Positions 19,467 to 27,772 of a DNA stretch of 64,000 bases are shown in pieces. How positions within the stretch are numbered: position 1 is the stretch's first letter; each line of letters starts with the position of its first letter. A program made the position numbers and the translations under genes. The notes under the pieces were generated by a model. The model ran no database searches and was not told the DNA's origin. It saw only the letters and a list, made by a program, of their open reading frames with translations. Source of the DNA: an uncultured Chloroflexia bacterium (GTDB lineage: Bacteria; Chloroflexota; Anaerolineae; JAAEKA01); NCBI GenBank assembly GCA_963707275.1, contig CAVPPH010000009.1, forward strand, positions 133,790 to 197,789, written 5' to 3'.

Positions 19467-20243
19467 ATGCGAATCCTTGTCATTTCCGATGTGCACGCCA
19501 ACCTCGCAGCGCTGGAAGAGGTGCTGGCCGATGCCTCAGCGTTTGTCTGGGGCGACCAGCGCGGATTCGATGCGATCTGGTCGTTGGGCGACATTGTCGG
19601 CTACGGGCCGTACCCCAACGAGTGTATCCAGCGCCTGGAAGCGGCTGCGCCCGACCATGTGCGTGTGGCAGGCAACCATGATTGGGCCGCTTTGGGTGAG
19701 CTGGATATCGACGACTTCAACCCTGAGGCCCGCAAGATGGTGCTGTGGACCCAGGAGAATCTGGACTCGCACAGTTTCGAGTATCTGCGCAGCCTGCCGT
19801 CGGTCCCGCAGGAACATGCGAAGTTCACTGTGACTCACGCCAGCCCGCGCCATCCGATCTGGGAATATATCACCAGTACCCGCCTCGCGAGGGAAAACTT
19901 CGACTTCTTCGACACCCCGTATTGCCTCGTGGGACATACCCATGTCCCGCTGCTCTTTCGCCTCGCCCTGGATGCCAAGACGCGCCGGATGAGCTGCACC
20001 GGCCACCTGCCTGTCGCCGACCTCGACATCAGCCTGCTGGGCGAGCATCGTCTGATTGTCAACCCCGGCAGCGTGGGGCAGCCGCGCGACAACGACGCGC
20101 GCGCGGCCTATCTGCTCCTCGACACCGAGCAGGAAGTGATGCGCTTCCGCCGCGTGCGCTACGATATCGAGATGACCCAGGCCGCGATGCGCGCGGCAGA
20201 CCTGCCCGAACGCCTCATCGCCCGTATTGCCTACGGCTGGTAG
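19467..20243 (+). CDS. Metallophosphoesterase (calcineurin-like)
   Basis: MRILVISDVHANLAALEEVL, GDIVGYGP, AGNHD, GHTH. A possible promoter is TTGCGA (19430) - 18 nt - TATATT (19454). Confidence 0.8.
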   Translation: MRILVISDVHANLAALEEVLADASAFVWGDQRGFDAIWSLGDIVGYGPYPNECIQRLEAAAPDHVRVAGNHDWAALGELDIDDFNPEARKMVLWTQENLDSHSFEYLRSLPSVPQEHAKFTVTHASPRHPIWEYITSTRLARENFDFFDTPYCLVGHTHVPLLFRLALDAKTRRMSCTGHLPVADLDISLLGEHRLIVNPGSVGQPRDNDARAAYLLLDTEQEVMRFRRVRYDIEMTQAAMRAADLPERLIARIAYGW

Positions 20244-20311
20244 GGCAGAAATCGGCCCGCCGCGCGCTGAATCTGCCTGAACAATCGAGGGGTTGGTTTC
20301 GTGGAATCTGT

Positions 20312-20337
20312 GGGAGCTGTTGCGTGCTCCCGTCTTT
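20312..20337 (+). terminator. Weak hairpin terminator after the phosphoesterase gene
   Basis: GGGAGC - 8 nt - GCTCCC, followed by GTCTTTGCC. Confidence 0.35.
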
Positions 20338-20370
20338 GCCCACAAGTAATGGTTTCGGAGGAGCATTGAA

Positions 20371-21297
20371 ATGAGACGAGTCACCTATATGTTACTGGTC
20401 GCGACGATCTTGGCTGCCCTGGCCGGGTGCGCCGCGCCGGCCCCTGAATCGCAGACAGTCGTCCGCGATATGGCAGGGGCGCCGGCTGCCGAAGCGCCGG
20501 CCCCGCAGATGGATTTCGCTGAGGAGTCGGCTGCCGGTGATGCCGGTGTGGTGATCGGCCAGGGTGAAATTGTGCAAGATCTGCGCAAGATCATTTACCA
20601 GGCATTTGTCAGCATCGTCGTCAAGGACCCGGCGGCCAGCCTGAAGGCTGTCGAGGCGCTGGCTGCCAGCGCCGGCGGCTACGTTTCGCAGTCGGAACTG
20701 AACCAGTACTACGGCGACCTGATGCGCGGTCACATCGTGATCCGCGTGCCGGCCGAGAGCTACCCGGCTACGCTGGATGCCATCCGCGCGCTGGGGATTC
20801 GGGTTATCAACGAGAACAGCAACGCCAGCGATGTCACTGCTGAGTATGCCGATTTGGAAGCGCAACTGCGCAACCTGGAGGCGGCCGAGCGCGAGCTGCA
20901 GGCCATGTTGACCGAGGTGCGCGAACGTCCCAACGCCAAACCCAGCGACATCCTGGAGGTCTACAACGCGCTGACCGAGAAGCGCGGCCAGATCGAGCAG
21001 GTCAAGGGGCGCTTGGTGTACCTGTCCAATCAGGTGTCGCTGTCGACGATCACGGTTGATTTGGTGCCGGATGAGGGCGAGAAGCCGGTGGTGGAGGAAG
21101 GCTGGCAGCCGTTGGTGACGGTCAAGAACGCGCTGCGGACACTGGTGTCGGTGATGCAGGGGCTGATCGACACCCTCATCAACCTGGTGATCGTGGTGTT
21201 GCCGATCCTGTTGCTGCTGGCGGTGCCGATCGTGCTGATCATCCTGCTGATCCGCTGGCTGCGCAAGCGACGCAAGAGCAAGCAACTCGCCGAATAG
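20371..21297 (+). CDS. DUF4349-type lipoprotein with a C-terminal TM anchor
   Basis: Lipobox LAGC, a coiled-coil middle (AEYADLEAQLRNLEAAERELQ) and a hydrophobic C-terminus. The RBS is GGAGGAG. Confidence 0.7.
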   Translation: MRRVTYMLLVATILAALAGCAAPAPESQTVVRDMAGAPAAEAPAPQMDFAEESAAGDAGVVIGQGEIVQDLRKIIYQAFVSIVVKDPAASLKAVEALAASAGGYVSQSELNQYYGDLMRGHIVIRVPAESYPATLDAIRALGIRVINENSNASDVTAEYADLEAQLRNLEAAERELQAMLTEVRERPNAKPSDILEVYNALTEKRGQIEQVKGRLVYLSNQVSLSTITVDLVPDEGEKPVVEEGWQPLVTVKNALRTLVSVMQGLIDTLINLVIVVLPILLLLAVPIVLIILLIRWLRKRRKSKQLAE

Positions 21298-21307
21298 TGA
21301 CACACAA

Positions 21308-21341
21308 AGAAGTCCGACTTTTTGCGAAAAGTCGGACTTCT
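21308..21341. terminator. Perfect 15-bp hairpin between convergent genes
   Basis: AGAAGTCCGACTTTT - TGCG - AAAAGTCGGACTTCT. A second, imperfect hairpin lies at 21371-21400. Confidence 0.6.
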
Positions 21342-21427
21342 GCTATGGCAGGTGCTTTGCATAACCCTATCGGCTCGACTCTTTCGAAAAAGCCGAGCCG
21401 CAGCTTGCCAGCAATACTGAACGTCTG

Positions 21428-24079
21428 TTATTCGGACTCCTGGAAGTTATGGTACAGGTCCAACGCTTCCAGTTGTACCGACTGCTGTGCAGCTTTTGCC
21501 TTTTTTTCACTGGCCTGACGGGCGACTTCCAGGCGCAGGAACACCTCCTGCTGTACCGCCTCGGGGTGGGGCACATGCAGGAACTCGAAGTTGCCAAAGG
21601 TAGACGCTGTCTCTACGGTCACCGTGCCGAAGTCTAGTAGATTCGCCCAGAAGTAGGGGATCAGGAAGCTGGCGTTCTGCACCTTGTCCCACTCAGCCTG
21701 CTTGACTTCCTCGCGCAGCCCCAGCGGCAAGGCGTAGATGTCGATGATGTGCAGCCGGGTCAGGATATACTTGTCGTTCCGCCAGTTTTCGACGCGGAAC
21801 CAGAGCCAGAAGAGGCAGATGATCACCCAAACAACCAGCCCTCCCTCGATGAACGAAGGCAGTCCGAGACTCTGAATGAACTTTCCAGGGATCAGAATCA
21901 CCACGCCCGTGATGATCAGCGTGATAATCGGAATGGCGGCAGCGCGAACCAGGAACCAGGGATGCTTGCGGTAGACCACGGTGTCTGGTTCTTTTTCAGC
22001 TTTGCGTCTTTTCTTGGCGGCTCGCTCCTTCCTCACTTCCTCGCCCGCGCTCTTGGACATCAAGCTGATGATCCAAATGTAGGCGGTCTCTGGAAAGCGC
22101 CACAGCCAGCGGAAGAAACGCCGGATCGGGCTAAGCACGCGCTGGAAAAAGGCAGCGAGCGGCCCGACATGCTCAGCCACCATTGTACCTTCAGGAAGTA
22201 CGCGCGGCGGATAGGTGGGGATGAGCCGGATTCTGAGCTTCTGCATCATCATGTGGCGCAGGTTTTCCCGCTCTTCCGCCTGGACGAACGCCTTTCGCTG
22301 GGCCTGCAAGCCGGCAATGATACCCTGTACCTTGGCCGGGTTCGGCAGCATGGAAAAGCGAATGACGCCGCCTGTGGCCGCAGTGCTGATGTTCAGATCG
22401 CCAAAGTTGAATATCTTCCCGATCAGCCGCGTGCGCAGCTCGGTATCCTGCACGCGCTCCATCATAGCGTCGACGCGGTTCTCGCTGATGAGCAGCACCT
22501 GATCACGGCGCACCAGACGCTGCGTTGTGATGACGTAGTAGTCGTTGTAATAGTCCACCATGTACCACGTCAGCAGGAGCGCCAGCGGAATGAGCAATAC
22601 CATGGCATAAGTGAGCGTCGTGATATTCAGCTTGAAGATGGCGTCCGTCAGCGCTATCACTCCAACAAAACCATAGGCGATCACAAAGGCCAGGACGACT
22701 CGCAGCCAGAGCCAGATCGAATGGCGGCGCGTGACGAGAATGACCTCCTCGTCCTGCTTCAGCCAGTCATATTCCTTGCCGATAGGGCCCTTCAGGACCG
22801 TGGCGCCGAGCTTGGTGTGCTCCCACCTTGTCCGGTTTGACTGGATCAGGAACTTCAGGTCATCCTCCTGGAGAGTCAGCCAATCTGAGCCATCGAAATC
22901 CGTCCCATCCGGCAAAGTCGACGCCGTCGAGCGGACAGTAGCCACATAGCGGTCGTGCGCCAGCAGTGCATGAATGCCAAAGAAGTCGTTTTCACCCTCG
23001 CGCAACAGATATTGGGGCAGCTCGCGGCCGGACGCATCGCGCGTGTACACATGCGCCGTGCCGGCGGCCAGCACATAGAGTTTGGTTCCATCCTGCCCTT
23101 GCCGCACTACGTCCAGATCGGCAGGCACATGTTCCCAGCCGGTGATGCTCAACAGGTCATCCCAGTGCTGTGGTTCGAGGCCAGAGAATAGCTCATCCTT
23201 GCCCAACGCGTCGACCAATCGCTTGCGCAGGTCAAAGTGTTGCATAAGTTGGTTCCGGACATCCGCTACGCCAGCGGCCAGTCTCGTTACAACACCCTGT
23301 TCAACGCTCATCAGCTTGACTCGGGTTTCGGCCACGGCCGTCACTGTTTCGAGACCGCGTAGATTCCAGACAGCCAGTTTTCCGCCGGCAAAGTAGTTGC
23401 CAGCAGTCAGGATCGGCGGCGACGGCGACGGCGCACTACCGGTATTGCCGTTCTGGTCAAACACCGCGCTGTGCCCGCCGGGGGCCAGCCCGACCTCGCC
23501 GCGTTCGCTGATGCGCACCTGCCCCCAGTCGATGATCCACAAGCGGCCAACCTCGTCATCGCGTGTGCAAATAGTCTCGCCTGGCTTGAACTCCCTGGAT
23601 TCGACGGTAGACGCCAGAATCTCGATTTGGTTGTCTTTCAAAACACGCAGAATGGGAATGCCCTGAAGACGAAATGCACTCGAAAAGGTCAGCAGGTCCC
23701 ACAACTCAGGGTGGCGGGTAATCAGCTCGTTCAGCGCCGACGCATGCACCTGGAGCAGGATTGACCGGGCTTCGGTGGCAGCCTGAGTAGTGTGTCCCTC
23801 GCCGCGGAAGAGCCGTTCCTGCAACAGCACCGCGCCCTTGGTGCAGGTGCGGAACCACCACTCCTCACCCTGGGCGTCCTTGATAAACTGGCGCACCTGG
23901 CCCTCGTAAACGATGAAGGCGTCGTCTGATCGGGTGGCTCGGGCGAAGACCGACGTCCCGGCCGGCAACTCGACCTGCGCGGCATTGCTGGCCAGCCAGC
24001 GAATATCGCGCTCAGGCCAGGCTGACACCCGCGGCAGGGTGCGCAGAAACGCTTCGATCTCGTGTTGTTCGATGGTCAT
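21428..24079 (-). CDS. Membrane protein with three cyclic-nucleotide-binding-like modules followed by two YdbT-type bPH modules
   Basis: 883 aa, intact. There are three ~130-150 aa cNMP-like repeats. Two TM-pair plus bPH units follow (YYNDYYVITTQRLVRRD..., WRNDKYILTRLHIIDIY...). Confidence 0.65.
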   Translation of the reverse strand: MTIEQHEIEAFLRTLPRVSAWPERDIRWLASNAAQVELPAGTSVFARATRSDDAFIVYEGQVRQFIKDAQGEEWWFRTCTKGAVLLQERLFRGEGHTTQAATEARSILLQVHASALNELITRHPELWDLLTFSSAFRLQGIPILRVLKDNQIEILASTVESREFKPGETICTRDDEVGRLWIIDWGQVRISERGEVGLAPGGHSAVFDQNGNTGSAPSPSPPILTAGNYFAGGKLAVWNLRGLETVTAVAETRVKLMSVEQGVVTRLAAGVADVRNQLMQHFDLRKRLVDALGKDELFSGLEPQHWDDLLSITGWEHVPADLDVVRQGQDGTKLYVLAAGTAHVYTRDASGRELPQYLLREGENDFFGIHALLAHDRYVATVRSTASTLPDGTDFDGSDWLTLQEDDLKFLIQSNRTRWEHTKLGATVLKGPIGKEYDWLKQDEEVILVTRRHSIWLWLRVVLAFVIAYGFVGVIALTDAIFKLNITTLTYAMVLLIPLALLLTWYMVDYYNDYYVITTQRLVRRDQVLLISENRVDAMMERVQDTELRTRLIGKIFNFGDLNISTAATGGVIRFSMLPNPAKVQGIIAGLQAQRKAFVQAEERENLRHMMMQKLRIRLIPTYPPRVLPEGTMVAEHVGPLAAFFQRVLSPIRRFFRWLWRFPETAYIWIISLMSKSAGEEVRKERAAKKRRKAEKEPDTVVYRKHPWFLVRAAAIPIITLIITGVVILIPGKFIQSLGLPSFIEGGLVVWVIICLFWLWFRVENWRNDKYILTRLHIIDIYALPLGLREEVKQAEWDKVQNASFLIPYFWANLLDFGTVTVETASTFGNFEFLHVPHPEAVQQEVFLRLEVARQASEKKAKAAQQSVQLEALDLYHNFQESE

Positions 24080-24230
24080 CGCTTGTCAGAGTTGTCAGGG
24101 TGATCAGTACGGAAGTGGCCACCATCGGATTGACTAATTCTACCACAAAACGTTTTCAACTGCACATCCGTTCTGGAAGTACTTTGGACTTGCAACCTGA
24201 TGGCAAAACTAGCACCATGGTTCACAACCG

Positions 24231-24239
24231 TGATATAAT
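24231..24239 (+). promoter_or_regulatory. Extended -10 promoter element TGATATAAT upstream of etfB
   Basis: TG at 24231-24232 and TATAAT at 24234-24239. This would give a UTR of about 42 nt carrying AAGGAGGTGATC. Confidence 0.45.
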
Positions 24240-24287
24240 TCCGCCAACGTTTGATCCGAGTTCCAATAATCACAAGGAGGTGATCCC

Positions 24288-25082
24288 TTGAACATCGTGG
24301 TATGTGTCAAGCAGACCCCTGACACGGCAGAGCTTCCCAAGATCAGTGTGGCCGAGGTGGCGTCCGGTGATATCAAGACAACGCTGGTGCTCAACCCCTG
24401 GGATGAGTTTGCGGTGGAGGAGGGCCTGCAGTTACAGGATCGTTTCGGTGGCGATGTCACCGTTGTCACGGTCGGCGAGGAAAAGGCGACCGAGGCGCTG
24501 AAAGATGCCATTGCGCGCGGCGTTCAGAGCGCCGTCCTGCTCAGCGATCCCGCATTCGCCGGTTCCGACGCCTGGGGAACGGCCACCATTCTGGCCGCCG
24601 CCATCAAGAAGAACGGGCCTGTGGATGTTGTGCTGGCCGGCAAGCAGTCTGTGGACGGCAACAGCGGACTGGTGGCTCCCGGCCTGGCCCGCAAGCTGGG
24701 CGCGACGCTGCTGACCAACGTCACGAAGATCGTCGATGTCGCCGCCGGCAAGATCACGGTCGAGCGCCAGCTTGAAGAAGGGCGCGAGACCCTGACCGCT
24801 AGCCTGCCCGCCGTCGTCTCGGTCAGCAAGGAAATCAACGACCCGCGCTATCCGACATTTATGGGCATTCGCAAGGCGTCCAAGGCACAGATACCGGTCT
24901 GGTCGCTGGCTGATCTCGGCGTGAGCGCCGGCAGCGTCGGCCAGGCGGCCGCCCTTGCCCAGTGGACCGATCTGCGCAAGCCGGCCGCCCGCTCGTCGCA
25001 GGTGGTGCTGGTCAAGGAAGCTACCGTCGAGGCCACCGCTGCCAAGCTGGCCGATTTGTTGATGGCCGAGAAGGTCATTTGA
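24288..25082 (+). CDS. etfB: Electron transfer flavoprotein beta subunit
   Basis: TTG start after a perfect SD. The protein starts MNIVVCVKQTPDT and is 264 aa. Confidence 0.9.
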   Translation: MNIVVCVKQTPDTAELPKISVAEVASGDIKTTLVLNPWDEFAVEEGLQLQDRFGGDVTVVTVGEEKATEALKDAIARGVQSAVLLSDPAFAGSDAWGTATILAAAIKKNGPVDVVLAGKQSVDGNSGLVAPGLARKLGATLLTNVTKIVDVAAGKITVERQLEEGRETLTASLPAVVSVSKEINDPRYPTFMGIRKASKAQIPVWSLADLGVSAGSVGQAAALAQWTDLRKPAARSSQVVLVKEATVEATAAKLADLLMAEKVI

Positions 25083-25100
25083 TCTGGGAGAGGTGAAAAA

Positions 25101-26078
25101 ATGAGTATTTTGGTATACATCGAACAGTTCAATGGCCAGGCGGCCCCCGTCTCCTGGGAAGTGTTGGGCAAAGCAAAATCGCTTGCCGGTCAGATGGGCG
25201 GCAAGCTGGCCGCAGTGGTCATCGGCAACGGCGTCGAGTCGGTTGCCGATGAGGCGCTGACCTACGGCGCTGACGTAGTGCATCTGGTCGAGGATGCCTC
25301 GCTGGCCGCCTTCCGGGTCGAGCCCTATGCGGCTGTCGTTGAAGACCTGGTGAAGTCGCACAGCCCGCAGGCCGTACTCTTCCCGGCGACCACCCGCGGG
25401 CGCGACTTGTCGGCTGTAGTGGCGTGTGACCTGGGCGCTGGTCTGGCGGCTGACTGCAGCGATCTGGCTGTGGAGGGCGGCGAACTGACCGCGGTGCGCC
25501 CAGTGTTTTCCGGCAACATGATGACCACGGTGCGCTTCGTCGGCCCGCTGGCAGTCGCCAGCGTTCGACCGCGTTCCTTCCCGACCCCGGAAGCTGGCGG
25601 CGCAGCCGGCGAAATCGTCCGCTCCGGCGCGGTCATGCCCGCGGGCGATATCCGTGAGCAGATCGACGCCTTCGAGGCGACGGCCGGCGGCGAGGTCAGC
25701 CTGACCGACGCCAAGATCATCGTCAGCGGCGGCCGCGGCGTGGCCAAAGATCCTGAGCTGGGCTTCAAGCTGGTCAAGGACCTGGCCGACTCTCTGGGTG
25801 GCGCGATGGGCGCCAGCCGCGCGGCGGTGGATGCGGGCTACATCCCCTACAAGCACCAGGTCGGCCAGACCGGCAAAACCGTGCGGCCTGACCTCTATAT
25901 CGCCTGCGGCATCAGCGGCGCGATCCAGCACCTGGCCGGCATGGGCAACTCCAAGCTCATCGTCGCCATCAACAAGGACCCTGAAGCGCCGATCTTCCAG
26001 GTTGCCAACTACGGCGTCGTCGGCGACCTTTTCGAGGTCGTGCCGGCGCTGACTGCTGAGTTCAAGAAGCGGTTGTAA
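25101..26078 (+). CDS. etfA: Electron transfer flavoprotein alpha subunit
   Basis: 325 aa. The C-terminal FAD-binding motif is [16 protein letters not shown]. Confidence 0.9.
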   Translation: MSILVYIEQFNGQAAPVSWEVLGKAKSLAGQMGGKLAAVVIGNGVESVADEALTYGADVVHLVEDASLAAFRVEPYAAVVEDLVKSHSPQAVLFPATTRGRDLSAVVACDLGAGLAADCSDLAVEGGELTAVRPVFSGNMMTTVRFVGPLAVASVRPRSFPTPEAGGAAGEIVRSGAVMPAGDIREQIDAFEATAGGEVSLTDAKIIVSGGRGVAKDPELGFKLVKDLADSLGGAMGASRAAVDAGYIPYKHQVGQTGKTVRPDLYIACGISGAIQHLAGMGNSKLIVAINKDPEAPIFQVANYGVVGDLFEVVPALTAEFKKRL

Positions 26079-26087
26079 GCATCCGCA

Positions 26088-26172
26088 AGTGACAGGCACT
26101 TTCCGAAAGAGCCTGTCACTTTTCCTGCCGAGCACACAAGTGCCGGGGACTTTCGAAAGTCCCCGGCATTTC
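26088..26172 (+). terminator. Two tandem terminator hairpins after etfA
   Basis: AGTGACAGGC...GCCTGTCACT followed by TTTTCC. Then the perfect palindrome TGCCGGGGACTTTCGAAAGTCCCCGGCA followed by TTTC. Confidence 0.65.
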
Positions 26173-26290
26173 AATTCCTGGCGTGAACAAAATCTCCCCT
26201 AGATCCGTGATATGCCGTGTATCGAGCAGCAAATGACGTTAGATACCAAAGTCGATACGACAAGTACAACACAGTTTGGAGGAAAGAGAA

Positions 26291-27067
26291 ATGTCTGAAA
26301 AACCTATGCGATGGACGATGATTGCGCTGGCGGTGCTGCTGGCAGGAGCAGGCTTGTTCCTGGCTGTCAATAGCGCGCCGCGGACGGTTGAGGCTCAGGG
26401 TGCGACGGGCAGCGCAGCGGTCCTGCCGCGCACGATCACGGTGGTCGGCGAAGGCACGGTCGCGATCGAGCCGGACGTTGCGTCGGTGCAGATCGGCGTC
26501 GAGACCACCGGCGAGAGCGCCGATGAAGCCAGCGCCGAGGCAGCCGATGTGATGGACGCTGTACTGGCGGCGATGACCCGCCTGCGGATACCCAGCAAGA
26601 ACATCCAGACGGCCGGCTACAGCATCTGGGTCGAGCGCCCGACGACGTTTGAAGGCAAGCCCGGTGACAACGTGCTCTACCACGTCAACAACACCGTTGC
26701 CGTAACAATAAGCGATCTGAGCACGGTCGGCGACGTGCTGGAGGCCGCCATCGCAGCAGGGGCAAACAGCATCTACGGCGTCAACTTCAGCGTCGCCGAC
26801 CCGGATGCTGTCATGGCTGAGGCGCGCAAGAAGGCATCCGAGGATGCCCTGGCGCGCGCCGAAGAGTTGGCGGCCCTGCACGGCGTCGCAGTCGGTGAGC
26901 TAATCAGCATCAGCGAGGTGATCTCTGGCAACGCTGTGCCGCTGGCTAGTGTTAACGCCGAATACGCCTTGGGCAAGGGCGGCGGTCCCATCGCCCCCGG
27001 CGAGCTGGTGATGACCTCCCAATTACAGGTGGTGTACGCCATCGCAGATCCGGTCGAAGCGAATTGA
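26291..27067 (+). CDS. SIMPL (DUF541) domain protein
   Basis: GGAGG lies 8 nt before ATG 26291. It has a signal anchor and the motif ITVVGEGTVAIEPDVASVQIGVET. Confidence 0.8.
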   Translation: MSEKPMRWTMIALAVLLAGAGLFLAVNSAPRTVEAQGATGSAAVLPRTITVVGEGTVAIEPDVASVQIGVETTGESADEASAEAADVMDAVLAAMTRLRIPSKNIQTAGYSIWVERPTTFEGKPGDNVLYHVNNTVAVTISDLSTVGDVLEAAIAAGANSIYGVNFSVADPDAVMAEARKKASEDALARAEELAALHGVAVGELISISEVISGNAVPLASVNAEYALGKGGGPIAPGELVMTSQLQVVYAIADPVEAN

Positions 27068-27105
27068 TGGCAAGAACTCGTCGGGTTCTAGTTGCTGTAA
27101 CAACG

Positions 27106-27140
27106 AACGGGTTGGTCACTTGACCAGCCCGTTTGTCTTA
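27106..27140 (+). terminator. Imperfect hairpin terminator
   Basis: AACGGGTTGGTCA / TGACCAGCCCGTT, followed by TGTCTTACT. Confidence 0.35.
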
Positions 27141-27565
27141 CTCCACTGAATTGGCGATCTTTGAGGAATCAAATCGACAAGATTATCAGGATTGAAGCAG
27201 TCCCAAATCCTGTTAATCCTGTCGCACCCGAGCGCCTGTCATTTGTAGTGGGTCGAGCACGTGATCTACACGGTTTCGAATCACCAGCGAAGGATATCTC
27301 CGGGCATCAGTCGCTGATCTCGACATTGGCAGCGCCCAGCCGGCGGGCAAGTTGCTGGTGCAGGTCGTCGTTGAAATCGGTGGTATCGTTGGGGAAATCC
27401 AGCCGCAGCGCACTGCCGTTCTTCTTCAGCACCACACAGAAGCGGTCCGGTCCGGGCTGCTCGCGCAGCAGGTCATACACCCACGAAAGCAGCTTCTTGT
27501 CGCGCTCCACGTCGTGGGAGCGATGGACCGTGACACATACTTCGACCGGCTGGCGCGCTGGGACA

Positions 27566-27649
27566 GGTAATCGGTGATCAGTAATCGGTGATCGGTCGTC
27601 AGCGGCCGGTAGTTGGTGATCGGTGATCGGTAATCGGTGATCAGTTAGC
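27566..27649. repeat. Twelve phased heptamers (GGTGATC / GGTAATC / AGTAATC type) inside dnaE
   Basis: Manual phasing holds for 84 nt. It is translated on the minus strand as 7-aa repeats TDHRLPI TDHQLPA ADDRSPI TDHRLPV. Confidence 0.85.
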
Positions 27650-27696
27650 TCGGGTTCAGTTTCAGCAACTGGCAGCTTGACCACCTGCGCAGTGAT

Positions 27697-27772
27697 CTCC
27701 GTTTCCCTTGTTTCCCTTTCTTCCCTCGTTTCCTTCTTTTCCCTTCCGCCCCCCTCCTCCCACATCGCCGGC
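27697..27772. repeat. Pyrimidine tract on the plus strand, which is a purine tract on the dnaE sense strand
   Basis: GTTTCCCTTGTTTCCCTTTCTTCCCTCGTTTCCTTCTTTTCCCTTCCGCCCCCCTCCTCCC. It encodes WEEGGGREKKETREERETRETE. Confidence 0.7.

Noticed and set aside
27566-27649. Heptamer/octamer arrays as CRISPR arrays (also 871-1016, 2897-2994, 41887-41972)
   Set aside because: The units are 7-8 nt and contiguous, with no spacers. No cas genes are present. Several arrays lie inside coding sequence.
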